From contig CAXXFV010000016.1 of assembly GCA_963674595.2 (NCBI GenBank), positions 416,001-480,000 on the forward strand: 64,000 nt of DNA, in the 5' to 3' direction. This document shows positions 1-10,513 of the stretch, in pieces; positions within the stretch are counted from its first letter, which is position 1, and each line of letters starts with the position of its first letter. The position numbers and the translations under genes were made by a program. The notes beneath the pieces were generated by a model. The model made no database searches. It worked only from the letters and a program-made list of their open reading frames with translations, and was not told where the DNA came from. Source of the stretch: a bacterium. GTDB lineage: Bacteria; Zhuqueibacterota; Zhuqueibacteria; Residuimicrobiales; Krinioviventaceae.

Positions 1-2
1 TT

Positions 3-2411
3 TTAAATTTTATCGGCCACGGCGGTGGCGGTGTTTATTTTGATTCGGAATTGTTCCTGCCTGAAGATGTGGAACGTTTGACCAACAAGGATAAATATCC
101 TGTTGTATTTAGTATGACATGTTTTACCGGGTCTTTTGCAAACCCGGAGGAACAGTCGTTGGCAGAAATTTTACTGCGTTCTCCTGATAAAGGTGTTGTC
201 GCTCATTTTGGTTCCGCTGGTCGGGCATATCTTTATGGTGATTACTTTTTAAACAATGCGCTTTTTCAGGCACTGTTTGATTATAAAATGCAAACAGTCG
301 GCGAGGTTTGCACCTATGGTAAAATAGAAATGGTCAATCAGACCAAAAGTTATTATGATCATGTAAAAAATTATATTCTTATGGGTGATCCGGCAACACG
401 TTTTCATTTTGCACCTGATGAAATTAATTTAACGCTTTCAAAAAATATTGTTATCGACGGCGACAAGCTCATGGTAACAGGAACTATTCCCGGCTCTGTG
501 AACGGAAATGTTCTTTTGAGTGTTTATAATAACCTTGATTCACTGTTGGTGGAAAAAAGCGTCACTGCTTCCAATGGTACCTTTTCTGTTGAAGTGTTGA
601 CTGTTGATGCCGGTTTTAGAAACGGTTGGAAAACCGGCCATGGACAGGGTATTGTCAGGGCATATTTTAACAACGATCAGTCAGATGCAGCCGGTTCTGT
701 CTCATTTAGTTTAAATGAAGCCTTTTTGTCAAAATATTATACAACTCCGGCCGGCCCCAGCCATAATGAAGAGGTCATGTTTTTTGCAGAACTTGATCCG
801 GAAAATCATGCTGATGTCGGTGGTTTAGATTCCGTTTATGTCAAATGGACCACAAATAACCAGGACTGGATTAAAATAAGCATGACCGAAACATCGGGAG
901 GAATTTGGAAATCCGATTCATCTTTGGTTAAAGCAGAGGGAACAAGAGTTTTTTACCAGATCATTGTTAAAGCTAAAAATGGTACTGTTTTTGAAAGCGC
1001 TGTGTCAGAATATATGGTAAAAAAACGTGCTGATTTAACGTTTGTGCGAGATAGTATTTTTATTGTCGGTTCAGATAATGTCAGAATTGCTTTAAAAATC
1101 AGGAATAAAGGCGAAACAGATTGTGGGGCGTTTGCCGTTCGTGCCAGCATCAAGTCAGAAACGGATGAACCGCAACCGATTTCTTCGGACGTTAATGTCG
1201 CCGGTTTAAAGGCCTTATCAGATACATTGATTCAGGTAGACTGGCCGGCCGCAACAGCCGGGTATAATGAGTTTATGGCGCAAGTGGATGTTTTGGGCCA
1301 GGTCGATGAATCGGCTGAGCTGAACAATATGGTGGATTTTAATCTCAATGTTGTAACTAAAGAAAATGGCACAAACGGTATTGTAACAGATTTAAAAAAT
1401 AATTTTCAGGTAGAAATTCCTCAAAACAGTTTTAATAAAAATATCTCTGTTAAATTTGAACGAATGGAGAATGATCAATATTTAAAAACCGCACGACAAT
1501 TATCTTTAACACCTGTTCGGTTTCGAAACGAAACCTATTGGACGGTTTACCGTATTCAGTTTTCCGATTCTACAATTAAAAGTACGAAACCGTTCAAGGT
1601 AACGGCATATTTTGATAAACTGGACAGTGCTTATATTAATTTATCTGATCCGGGAAATGCGTTCAAGATTTTTGCCTGGCAAGAGAGTACGGAAACATGG
1701 TTGGGGCTCGCAAGTCAAGTCAACCTTGCAGATGGCAGCGTTGCCGCTAATTTGCCACAGGAGTACAGTGTTTTTACGGTTATGGCGAGCAATGATGGGA
1801 ATGCCCCAATAATCAGCATCGGCTTGGAAGGACAGCATCTGGCTGATAATGATATTGTGAGTCCCCGACCTGTTTTTGTCATTACTTTTCAGGATTCTTC
1901 CGGATTTAATTTGGGAAATTCACCATTTACTTTGTTCATGGATGACGAGCAAATTTCTGATGACCAGTTTGTATTGTCCTATGATCAACAAACAAAAAAC
2001 CAGGTTGTTCTGACTTTTAAAAGTGAACTCGAATATGGTGATCATGAAATTACTGTCCGGGCTGTGGATATTCATGGTAATTCGTCTGAACAGTCTGTTG
2101 CTTTTTCCATTTCCGGTGAATTTAAATTGGCAGCTATTGCCAACCATCCCAATCCTTTTGCTGATGAAACCGTCATCGCTTTTACGTTGACAGGAATGGC
2201 AAAAGAAGTAAAACTAGATATCTATACCGTTTCCGGAAGAATGATCCGTTCTTATGAATTTATTGATATTTCCGGATATTGGGAGCAGGACTGGGACGGA
2301 AGAGATGAAGATGGTAATGAAGTTGCAAACGGCGTTTATTATTTAAAATTTGTTGCAAAAAATGACTCAAAAACTATTGAACAAATTGAAAAAATGGCCA
2401 AGCTGAAATAG
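3..2411 (+). CDS. C25 (gingipain) family cysteine peptidase, PorU-like, with CARDB/Ig-like domains and FlgD/T9SS-like C-terminal domain; 5' truncated by window
   Basis: Frame is open from base 3 (LNFIGHGGGG, catalytic His motif), then MTCFTG (catalytic Cys) and YILMGDP; C-terminal NHPNPF...IYTVSGR...WDGRD...NGVYY; followed by PorV-like gene. Confidence 0.85.
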   Translation, partial: LNFIGHGGGGVYFDSELFLPEDVERLTNKDKYPVVFSMTCFTGSFANPEEQSLAEILLRSPDKGVVAHFGSAGRAYLYGDYFLNNALFQALFDYKMQTVGEVCTYGKIEMVNQTKSYYDHVKNYILMGDPATRFHFAPDEINLTLSKNIVIDGDKLMVTGTIPGSVNGNVLLSVYNNLDSLLVEKSVTASNGTFSVEVLTVDAGFRNGWKTGHGQGIVRAYFNNDQSDAAGSVSFSLNEAFLSKYYTTPAGPSHNEEVMFFAELDPENHADVGGLDSVYVKWTTNNQDWIKISMTETSGGIWKSDSSLVKAEGTRVFYQIIVKAKNGTVFESAVSEYMVKKRADLTFVRDSIFIVGSDNVRIALKIRNKGETDCGAFAVRASIKSETDEPQPISSDVNVAGLKALSDTLIQVDWPAATAGYNEFMAQVDVLGQVDESAELNNMVDFNLNVVTKENGTNGIVTDLKNNFQVEIPQNSFNKNISVKFERMENDQYLKTARQLSLTPVRFRNETYWTVYRIQFSDSTIKSTKPFKVTAYFDKLDSAYINLSDPGNAFKIFAWQESTETWLGLASQVNLADGSVAANLPQEYSVFTVMASNDGNAPIISIGLEGQHLADNDIVSPRPVFVITFQDSSGFNLGNSPFTLFMDDEQISDDQFVLSYDQQTKNQVVLTFKSELEYGDHEITVRAVDIHGNSSEQSVAFSISGEFKLAAIANHPNPFADETVIAFTLTGMAKEVKLDIYTVSGRMIRSYEFIDISGYWEQDWDGRDEDGNEVANGVYYLKFVAKNDSKTIEQIEKMAKLK

Positions 2412-2420
2412 GAGTGATGT

Positions 2421-3458
2421 GTGGATAACAGGGTTATAAATAGATTATATTTGAAAATATGTTGTTGCTTTCTGATTTTTCTTTTAATTCTGCCTAAAAA
2501 ATCTATAGGTGGTGAATATGCGGCTGACTTTTTGAATATCGGGGTTGGGGCCCGTGCTTTGGGAATGGGCGGCGCTTTTGTTGCATTGGCAAATGATGCA
2601 TCCGCTTTTTACTGGAATCCGGCCGGTATGACCTGGATAAAAAAAATGTCGTTTCATTTTGATCATACACCCATGTTTGACGGATTGGCACAATATAACA
2701 CTCTTAACGCTACCATGGGGATAGACCAGCACATGGCTTTTGCCGTCAGTTGGATTCGTCTCGGTGTTGATGAAATCCCGAGATATTCTTCACTCCAGGG
2801 AACACGATATGATCGTTATACCAATAATCAATATCGGTCTACCGGGGAGGCAGAAGGCTATTTTAATGATACGGAAGATGCGGTGATGGTATCTTTTAGC
2901 CGCACAGAGTTTTTTGATGTTTATTGGGGCGGCGGATTTGAACCTCGAAAAATTCCCTTTGAAATTGCCTTTGGTGTAACAGGGAAATATATCCGCCACC
3001 GGCTGGATGCATCGACCGGAACAGGACAGGGGATTGATGCCGGTGTTATTATCCGGACATTTCATGAAAATGTTGTTTACGGCGAACCGGAAATGTGGGC
3101 CGGTGTTGGCTTGTCGATTAAAGACCTTTCACGTACCCGGATTGTTTGGGATACAGCTTCCAATCATAAAGATGATGTAAAAACCGGAGCACAACTTGGT
3201 TTCACCGGTTCGAAATATTTTTCGCGTTTAAAATCCAGAACAACATTATCTGTTGACCGTGAATTTGGCAAATTTGAAGAATGGCATTTTGGTGCAGAGT
3301 TGCTAGTTTATAACACGGTTGCCGTAAGAGGTGGTTATTATAATGATGAAATGACAGCTGGTGCCGGAATTTCACTGTTTGGTTTTACCATCGACTATGC
3401 CTTTGTTCCCGGTGATCTTGCCAATACACATCGTGTTTCGGGTGCTTTTTCCTTTTAG
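2421..3458 (+). CDS. PorV/PorQ family outer-membrane beta-barrel protein
   Basis: FLNIGVGARALGMGGAFVALANDASAFYWNPAG signature; terminal aromatic strand (THRVSGAFSF). Confidence 0.85.
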   Translation: MDNRVINRLYLKICCCFLIFLLILPKKSIGGEYAADFLNIGVGARALGMGGAFVALANDASAFYWNPAGMTWIKKMSFHFDHTPMFDGLAQYNTLNATMGIDQHMAFAVSWIRLGVDEIPRYSSLQGTRYDRYTNNQYRSTGEAEGYFNDTEDAVMVSFSRTEFFDVYWGGGFEPRKIPFEIAFGVTGKYIRHRLDASTGTGQGIDAGVIIRTFHENVVYGEPEMWAGVGLSIKDLSRTRIVWDTASNHKDDVKTGAQLGFTGSKYFSRLKSRTTLSVDREFGKFEEWHFGAELLVYNTVAVRGGYYNDEMTAGAGISLFGFTIDYAFVPGDLANTHRVSGAFSF

Positions 3459-3989
3459 TAAATTTATTGTAATGTTCAAGTATATTAATATTCCCGGACA
3501 AACCATTATAGACCCCGATATTGAAAAATTAGATAGGCCATAAATTCCTTTGCCTCCCAAACGGAAATTGTTTCTGTTACAATGTTTTACATGAATCTTT
3601 GTTTTAAAAATCTTCATTATTAAAAAACATTTGATCTTTATGAAAAATTTTTTTAGTATTGATTATCGATAATCGTTTTCATTTTAGTTCGTTTTTATAA
3701 TTGTAAAAGATTAATTTAAATTACAGAAAGGTTGGAAAAAGAAAACCTACTAAAATATTTACTAAAAGATTGTTTATTAGCGTCAAGCAGATCGCTTCTC
3801 CTTTAATGTCCTTGATATGCCTTTATTACTAACCTCCAATTTGATAATTTTAATTTCCTATTTAACATAACGTGAAACATAATATCAACTCTTTTGATTA
3901 AAAATTTACGATCCTTTTAATGATGGATTTTTATAAAGATTTAAAATGGTGCAAAAAACTAAATTTTATACACGGAAGGAAGTAAAATA

Positions 3990-5438
3990 ATGAAAGCCAG
4001 AATAATTTTGATTGGAATTTTTGGTTTTGTCTTTTGTCTCTTTGGTCAAATGTTTTTTTGTAAACACAAAGATTCAAATCAAGAAAAATATTCTCTAGCA
4101 AATTCGGATGAGTTTTTATTACTGGATTCTCGCATTATCGATAAAACGGAAAATGCGAAATTAGGATTGGGAACAGTTTATAAAGATTCCCGAAATCCGC
4201 TATTTAAAGAGGATAAACCCTGGGAAATGCGTTTTGATAATTTATACCCGAATATATTGTATGATAAAGAAGAGAAGAAGTTTAAATGCTGGTATTCTCC
4301 TTTTATTATTGATCCGGGTACTATGAAAGTACCACTGGACCAAAGGGATTCGGTGAAATACCCGGCAAAGCGAATGGGTAAAAGAGAAATGGGCGTTTGC
4401 TATGCTGTGTCGGATGATGGAATAAATTGGGAAAAGCCGAACCTGGGCATTATAGAGTATGATGGAAGCACGAAGAACAACCTGGTTATGCGTGAGGCTC
4501 ATGGTGCTGGTGTATTCAAAGATTTTCATGCATCTGATCCTAATCAACGTTATAAAATGATATTCAGAAAAGAAAAATTGTCGGTTGCGTTTTCGTCCGA
4601 TGGTTTGCATTGGAGTGAACCGTATGAATGTGAAGGACTGAATGTTAGAGGAGATACACATAATAATGCGTTTTGGGCACCTACTTTAAACAAATATGTT
4701 GGTATTACCCGAACGTGGGAAAGAAAAAAAGATTACAAGGTCCGTCAGGTTGCGTGGACCAGCTCATCTGATTTTATGTCATGGACAGAGGCTAAGGTAG
4801 TCTTGGAAGGACTGGACCGCTATTTACAGGTTTATGCATTGCCTGTCTTTTTTTACAAAGGTGTATATCTTGGATTAGCTACAATTTTTAATAAAAAAAC
4901 AGACCGCACCTGGACGGAACTGGCCTGGAGTCCCGATACTTCCACCTGGTACCGAATTTGTCCCGGAACTCCGTTTATTCCGAACTCGACTGAGCCGGGA
5001 GATTATGATTGGGGATGTGTTTATGCTGCTGCTTGTCCTGTTTTTCAAAAAGACAAAATTCTTCTATACTACGGCGGAAGTGATGGGCCACATACAAATT
5101 GGAGAAAGGGTTATCTTTGTTTGGCTTCTTTAAGAAAAGATGGATTTGCCGGTTATGAACAAATTGAAACAGGTAAACCGGCTGTCATAATCACTAGTCC
5201 CTTAAAATGTAAGGGTAGAACAATTTCGCTCAATGCGGATGTTTTCGACAATGGTCAGATTTTAGTTACAGTGCTTGATACATCGAAAAACGTTATATCT
5301 AAAGCAAAACCCATTCGGTCGACTGTAACAGATGAAAAACTCATGTGGACAGATTCGTTCTCATGTAATAATCAAAATGAAATTATATTCAAGTTCGAAT
5401 TGTACAATGCGAGACTTTATTCTATTAAAATGAATTAA
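3990..5438 (+). CDS. Secreted five-bladed beta-propeller glycoside hydrolase-like protein (GH32/GH43-like fold)
   Basis: Signal peptide; repeated SxDGxxW boxes (SDDGINW, SSDGLHW, SPDTSTW); C-terminal LASLRKDGF. Confidence 0.65.
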   Translation: MKARIILIGIFGFVFCLFGQMFFCKHKDSNQEKYSLANSDEFLLLDSRIIDKTENAKLGLGTVYKDSRNPLFKEDKPWEMRFDNLYPNILYDKEEKKFKCWYSPFIIDPGTMKVPLDQRDSVKYPAKRMGKREMGVCYAVSDDGINWEKPNLGIIEYDGSTKNNLVMREAHGAGVFKDFHASDPNQRYKMIFRKEKLSVAFSSDGLHWSEPYECEGLNVRGDTHNNAFWAPTLNKYVGITRTWERKKDYKVRQVAWTSSSDFMSWTEAKVVLEGLDRYLQVYALPVFFYKGVYLGLATIFNKKTDRTWTELAWSPDTSTWYRICPGTPFIPNSTEPGDYDWGCVYAAACPVFQKDKILLYYGGSDGPHTNWRKGYLCLASLRKDGFAGYEQIETGKPAVIITSPLKCKGRTISLNADVFDNGQILVTVLDTSKNVISKAKPIRSTVTDEKLMWTDSFSCNNQNEIIFKFELYNARLYSIKMN

Positions 5439-5461
5439 TTTCATTTTTTTGCGAAAATATG

Positions 5462-5490
5462 TTGACAATTCTCTTTAAACCTATTATTTT
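5462..5490 (+). promoter_or_regulatory. Putative sigma70 promoter
   Basis: TTGACA at 5462, 17-nt spacer, TATTTT at 5485; upstream of GGAGG RBS and ATG 5538. Confidence 0.45.
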
Positions 5491-5537
5491 ACAAAGTATA
5501 AATTCATTTTTGTCGGAATAAATGTTTGGAGGAGGTT

Positions 5538-7790
5538 ATGAAAAGGGTTACTGTATTACTATTTTTATTTTTTCTTCTCAGTACGGCAACATTATTTGCT
5601 CAGGGGCATAGTGAAATGATTCCAATATCGATGGCGCCGGAAAGTCAGGGTTATGCCCAGGTTGCCTATGATCCAAATTTGGATGAATATTTGGTTGTAT
5701 GGGAGGACCAGCGAAACGGAACTGATAATACCGATATTTACGGTCAGTTCGTATATGCTGATGGAACATTAAAAGGTGAGAATTTTCCGATTTGTATGGC
5801 TGAAAATCACCAGTATTGGCCACATCTTGACTTTGATATGATGACAAACAAATACTTGATTGTATTTGAAGATTGGCGTAAAGGGGGAGAAGATGGTGAT
5901 ATCCGGGGCGTTTTCATTGACAGTAATGGAGATTTTGTAGACGCACCCACATCAGACTTGGATCATACCTTTGGTATTTGTACGCATGAGAAAAATATTT
6001 ACACCTGTTCTGTTGCTTTTAATTATAAAGAATCCGTGTTTTTAGTGGTTTGGGGTGATTTTAGAAATGTCGGGGATCAAAGCTGGACGGGGGCGGATGT
6101 TTATGGACAGCTTGTAGCGGATGACGGAACGCTTTTACCGCCTCCGGATCCGGCAGATCCTGTAGAAAATTTTGCTATTGCAAATCGGCCCGAATATGAA
6201 GAGAACGTGGCTGATGTGACCTATAATGAAATGACAAATGAATTTTTTGTCGTTTTTGGAACAAGTATTGGTTATGTTTTGGGGCAGCGTGTCACTTTTG
6301 AAGGTGAGTTGCTGGAGCCGACCGGTACTATTAGTTCTCTAAACAAACAAAATTCATTTACATTTTTGCCGGCTATTCAAATTTCAGAAATGTTTAACAA
6401 TGGACCGGATTGTCTGCAAGCCAAAGTAACATCACGAACCGAATACACCAAAAGTCTTTGTAAGCGCGGTAAAGACAGCACGGAAGTCCAGGTGATTTGG
6501 AAGGGGGTTCTGGAAACAACAGTGGATAATGATATTTATGGTCAAAGGCTTTTGTTTTCTTTTCAGGACGATGTCTGGGTGATGGATTATGTTGATAAAG
6601 GAGGTGTCGTTACACGAGGCGTTTCAAACTTTCCAATCAGCATTCAGGATGGATGGGTTGGAATGCCGGATATTGCCTATGGTTCAACCGACGATGAATA
6701 CCTTGTTTCATGGGGTGATACAAGAGTCGGCTTTGTAACGGATCTTTATGCTCAACGCTTGGGTTTGACCGAGATAGATAACATGTTATTGCTGGATGAT
6801 GACCGTGTAAACGTTGTTACGGAATTTGAAAATATTCCAATAGATACATCTGACAATTTTGAAGGTAGTATATTGGGAATTGCTCATAGTAAAAAGCAAA
6901 ATCAGTTTTTAGTGGCTTTTGTTTTTAACGACGCCTCCATGGGGCGCGGTGATGATATTTATGCGCATCTATTTTACGGCACTGAACCAAGCGCTGTTTG
7001 TCAGGTCGTGGTGCAGCCCGATTCTGCTGCTTTACGTGCCGGGATGACTCAGGAATTTACCGCTCTGGCCTATGATGATCAGGGCGCACCCGTAGATGTT
7101 GTGTTGACCTGGAGTGCTGACAGCGGCACCATTGACGAAAATGGTTTGTTCACGGCTGGTGATACTGCCGGTTTATTTACAGTTACCGCCACAGCACCGG
7201 ACGGGCTGGTCTCTGGTAGTGCCAAGGTGAATGTTTTACCGATGCCTGCCACTATTACGGTAACTCCGCCAAATATTACTTTGGAACCTGGTGAAACCCA
7301 ACAATTTACTGCCACAGGTAAAACTGCTGCAGATCAGGATGTAACGCTTTATCCTGTTTGGAGTGCAGAAGGCGGAACTATCGATCAAACCGGTTTTTTT
7401 ACGGCCGGTAATGATACCGGAAATTTTACAATAACTGTAAAAGACCAGTTATGTGAAACAACCGGAACAGCGAATGTACACATTTATATTGATACGGGCG
7501 TTGACGGTAGTAACATGGGTTTGCCTACGGAATTTGCATTGATGCAAAATTATCCCAATCCCTTTAATCCGGAAACTGTAATAGAATTTAATGTAAAAGA
7601 ACCATCCCGTGTTCAATTGCAGGTTTTTAATATCCAGGGAAAACTGGTTCAGAATTTGGTAGATGAATTCATGTCATCCGGCCGGTATCAGGTTAAATTT
7701 AATGCACAACACCTGGCTTCAGGGATGTATTTTTACAAAATTCGAATGAATGATTATAAAGCCGTTAAAAAAATGATGCTTTTGGAATAA
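5538..7790 (+). CDS. Secreted repeat (propeller-like) protein with two Ig-like domains and T9SS type A-like C-terminal sorting domain
   Basis: Signal peptide; repeats Y/F-L-V-V-W-x-D-x-R...D-I-Y-G-Q; two Big-like repeats (VxP...G.TQ.FTA...WSA..GTID..G.FTAG); LPTEFALMQNYPNPFNP...SGMYFYKI. Confidence 0.8.
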   Translation: MKRVTVLLFLFFLLSTATLFAQGHSEMIPISMAPESQGYAQVAYDPNLDEYLVVWEDQRNGTDNTDIYGQFVYADGTLKGENFPICMAENHQYWPHLDFDMMTNKYLIVFEDWRKGGEDGDIRGVFIDSNGDFVDAPTSDLDHTFGICTHEKNIYTCSVAFNYKESVFLVVWGDFRNVGDQSWTGADVYGQLVADDGTLLPPPDPADPVENFAIANRPEYEENVADVTYNEMTNEFFVVFGTSIGYVLGQRVTFEGELLEPTGTISSLNKQNSFTFLPAIQISEMFNNGPDCLQAKVTSRTEYTKSLCKRGKDSTEVQVIWKGVLETTVDNDIYGQRLLFSFQDDVWVMDYVDKGGVVTRGVSNFPISIQDGWVGMPDIAYGSTDDEYLVSWGDTRVGFVTDLYAQRLGLTEIDNMLLLDDDRVNVVTEFENIPIDTSDNFEGSILGIAHSKKQNQFLVAFVFNDASMGRGDDIYAHLFYGTEPSAVCQVVVQPDSAALRAGMTQEFTALAYDDQGAPVDVVLTWSADSGTIDENGLFTAGDTAGLFTVTATAPDGLVSGSAKVNVLPMPATITVTPPNITLEPGETQQFTATGKTAADQDVTLYPVWSAEGGTIDQTGFFTAGNDTGNFTITVKDQLCETTGTANVHIYIDTGVDGSNMGLPTEFALMQNYPNPFNPETVIEFNVKEPSRVQLQVFNIQGKLVQNLVDEFMSSGRYQVKFNAQHLASGMYFYKIRMNDYKAVKKMMLLE

Positions 7791-7796
7791 ATTATT

Positions 7797-7827
7797 AAGC
7801 CGCATTCTTGAATGCGGCTTTTTTTTT
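7797..7827 (+). terminator. Intrinsic terminator
   Basis: AAGCCGCATT-CTTG-AATGCGGCTT hairpin followed by a T run, right after stop 7790. Confidence 0.85.
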
Positions 7828-7907
7828 GAGATGAAATATTCTGTTTTATGTCCCCGAATTACTCAATTGAAAACAATAAATGTGATGGGCTGTTATTCTG
7901 AAATTTT

Positions 7908-8231
7908 CTAAACTGTCGCTTTTTTAAGTTTATTTTTTAATGTCTTTACTTTATGTCTCAGACGTTTGAGCTCCGTATAGTCTTGTTTGCTGAGGGCCTC
8001 GTCTCTCTGTTTTTTAAGTGATTTTATTTGGCTTTTAATTGACGTTTTATTTAGCCCGACCACCTCGTGATGGACATGCATGTCAATTTCGAGTGCCTCA
8101 CATATCCCTTTTACAAGATGCTCTTTGTGCATTGTGGTGTATCCGTGGACAGCGTCGTGATCAATACCGGATGCAATTTCTCTTAATTGGGCTGCTGTCA
8201 TCTTTTTGAGTTCTTCATAAGAAAGAGCCAT
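7908..8231 (-). CDS. Small Rho N-terminal-domain-like protein with basic coiled-coil C-terminus
   Basis: ELKKMTAAQLREIA...YTTMHKEHLV resembles the Rho_N pattern; AGGAGG RBS upstream. Confidence 0.6.
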   Translation of the reverse strand: MALSYEELKKMTAAQLREIASGIDHDAVHGYTTMHKEHLVKGICEALEIDMHVHHEVVGLNKTSIKSQIKSLKKQRDEALSKQDYTELKRLRHKVKTLKNKLKKATV

Positions 8232-8528
8232 ATTTGACCTCCTGTTAAGAAAAGATGCAAGAAAGAATATTAAGCAGTTTTAGATATATTCCAAAATGAT
8301 TAATTATTATCTTGACGATTTTTTTTAACCAAAATTCGAGGCTGGAAGACGCTTGTGTCATTAATATTTGTTCACCATGATATGTATATTTTCAATTTAA
8401 AATATTCGTAAAAAAATGCAAGAAAAATTGTCCTGTTTGTTTGAAACGTTTAAGTTGCATAGTCAAACATCATTTGTTATATTTGAACAACCAGATATTG
8501 TCAAGTTATTGGAAGGAGGTTTGATAAA

Positions 8529-9437
8529 ATGAGTAAACAAATATCACGACGTGAATTCGCTAAAAGAACAATAGTCGCCGGTATGGGAACGCTTGGTATT
8601 TCTCCTGTTTTGTCTTGTGTGAAAAAACAAAATCAACTTCCCGGTGATAATATGCGTTTGGGCTTTGTTACTTATTTATGGGGAAAAGATTGGGACCTGC
8701 CAACTGTTATAGCCAATTGTGCAGAGGCAAGATTTGCCGGTGTTGAACTGCGTACAAAACATGCACATGGCGTGGAACCGACATTAAATAAGGCCCAAAG
8801 AGCAGAAGTTGCCAAACGTTTTGCTGATAGTCCTGTAACCTGCGTTGGGTATGGGTCAAATCAGGAATTCCATTCACCTGACCCACAAATTTTAGAAAAA
8901 AATATCCGGGACAGTTTCGAGCTTGTTAAACTGTGTCATGATATCGGCGCTTCCGGATTAAAAGTTAAACCAAATACATTACCGAAAGAGATTGCTCCGG
9001 AAAAAACAATTGAACAAATCGGATTGTCTCTCAATAAAATTGGTAAATTTGCTGCTGACTATGGTCAGCAAATACGTGTTGAAGTTCACGGACGTATAAC
9101 TTCGGAACTCCCGAATATGAAGGCCATTTTTGAACATGTTGACCAACCCAATGTCGGTATGTGCTGGAATTGTAATGGAGAGGACCTTTTACCTCCGGGA
9201 TTGGAAGGTAATTTTAATTTGGTTAAGGACAGATTCGGCAATACGGTCCATGTACGCGAACTCAACTCGGATAATTATCCCTATCAGGAGCTGTTTAACC
9301 TTTTTGTGGCAATGGATTACCAGGGATGGATTCTGCTGGAAGCACGGACCGATCCTGAAGATAAAGTAACCGCAATGAAAGAACAATTTGCTCTCTTTAA
9401 TACTATGATAGAAAATGCACGTTCTGCCAAAGGCTAG
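8529..9437 (+). CDS. Tat-exported sugar phosphate isomerase/epimerase (xylose isomerase-like TIM barrel)
   Basis: SRREF twin-arginine signal; GVELR, EVHG, VHVRE and LLEAR metal-site-like motifs. Confidence 0.8.
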   Translation: MSKQISRREFAKRTIVAGMGTLGISPVLSCVKKQNQLPGDNMRLGFVTYLWGKDWDLPTVIANCAEARFAGVELRTKHAHGVEPTLNKAQRAEVAKRFADSPVTCVGYGSNQEFHSPDPQILEKNIRDSFELVKLCHDIGASGLKVKPNTLPKEIAPEKTIEQIGLSLNKIGKFAADYGQQIRVEVHGRITSELPNMKAIFEHVDQPNVGMCWNCNGEDLLPPGLEGNFNLVKDRFGNTVHVRELNSDNYPYQELFNLFVAMDYQGWILLEARTDPEDKVTAMKEQFALFNTMIENARSAKG

Positions 9438-9508
9438 ACAATAAATTACAAAATTAAATAATAATCGGGACAGCGTCCCCGGATTTTATTAAGACCAGAG
9501 TAACAGCT

Positions 9509-10513
9509 TTGATTAAAAATATTTTCGTTTCCAGATTACGTTTTATGGGGGATATCATTTTAACAACACCTTTATTGCAGGCTTTGTCAAAAGCATATCC
9601 CGACGCAAAAATAACCTATGTTACAGAAGAACCTTTCCATCAATTGTTGGAAAACCACCCTTATGTTGATCGTATTATTGCATTGAAAAAAACAACATGG
9701 GGGCAGATAGAGGTTATTGGGAAATTGATTTGCGGCCGGTATGATATTGCGATAGACTTGTTCGGGAATCCGCGGGCTGCTTTACTGACCTGGCTAAGCG
9801 GTGCAAAGATACGAATCGGCGGCGATTTCCGGGGAAGAAAACATTTTTATACACACACAATAAAAAGCAGTCATGAAACAAAAACCGCTGTTCAATTTCA
9901 TTTGGATTATTTGAAACCATTAAACATTGAACCGGTCGAAAAAAAGCCTTTTATTGTCATCACAGAAGAAGAGTCCCGGGCTGAATATTATTTAAAAGAA
10001 AAAGGTTTTGACCTTGACCGACCGATCATCGGCATCCATCCCGGTGCAACTTGGCCGGCAAAAAAATGGCTGCCTGAACGATTTGCAGCCCTGGCAGACA
10101 AGCTGGTTACTGAAAAGTCCTTACAGGTTTTATTTACTATGGGCCCTGGTGAAGAGGATTTGGTAAAATCTGTTCTGTCCGGGTGCCGTGAAAAATTTAT
10201 TATGCCTGAGGTTTTACCTCTGCGTCAACTGGCTGCAATACAGAAAAAAATGATAGCGTTTATTTCAAATGATTGTGGTGTTATGCATTTGGCGCCGGCT
10301 GTTGGAACACCCACGATTGGAATTTTTGGACCGGGAGAACCGGAAATTTGGTTCCCTTATGACGAAAAAGACGGGCATCAGTTGGTTTATCATGAATTAG
10401 ATTGCAGCCGCTGTCATCAGGATTTTTGTGATAAACTCGATTGTATGAAATCAATTACTGTTGATGATGTGTTTTATAAAGTTGAAAAAATATTGGAAAA
10501 ATATGATAATTGA
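9509..10513 (+). CDS. Glycosyltransferase family 9 (LPS heptosyltransferase-like)
   Basis: MGDIILTTP, HPGATWPAKKW, ISNDCGVMHLA, IGIFGP motifs. Confidence 0.9.
   Translation: MIKNIFVSRLRFMGDIILTTPLLQALSKAYPDAKITYVTEEPFHQLLENHPYVDRIIALKKTTWGQIEVIGKLICGRYDIAIDLFGNPRAALLTWLSGAKIRIGGDFRGRKHFYTHTIKSSHETKTAVQFHLDYLKPLNIEPVEKKPFIVITEEESRAEYYLKEKGFDLDRPIIGIHPGATWPAKKWLPERFAALADKLVTEKSLQVLFTMGPGEEDLVKSVLSGCREKFIMPEVLPLRQLAAIQKKMIAFISNDCGVMHLAPAVGTPTIGIFGPGEPEIWFPYDEKDGHQLVYHELDCSRCHQDFCDKLDCMKSITVDDVFYKVEKILEKYDN

Noticed and set aside
3459-3989. Long AT-rich intergenic region as possible ncRNA or origin
   Set aside because: No strong stems, repeats or DnaA-box cluster recognised
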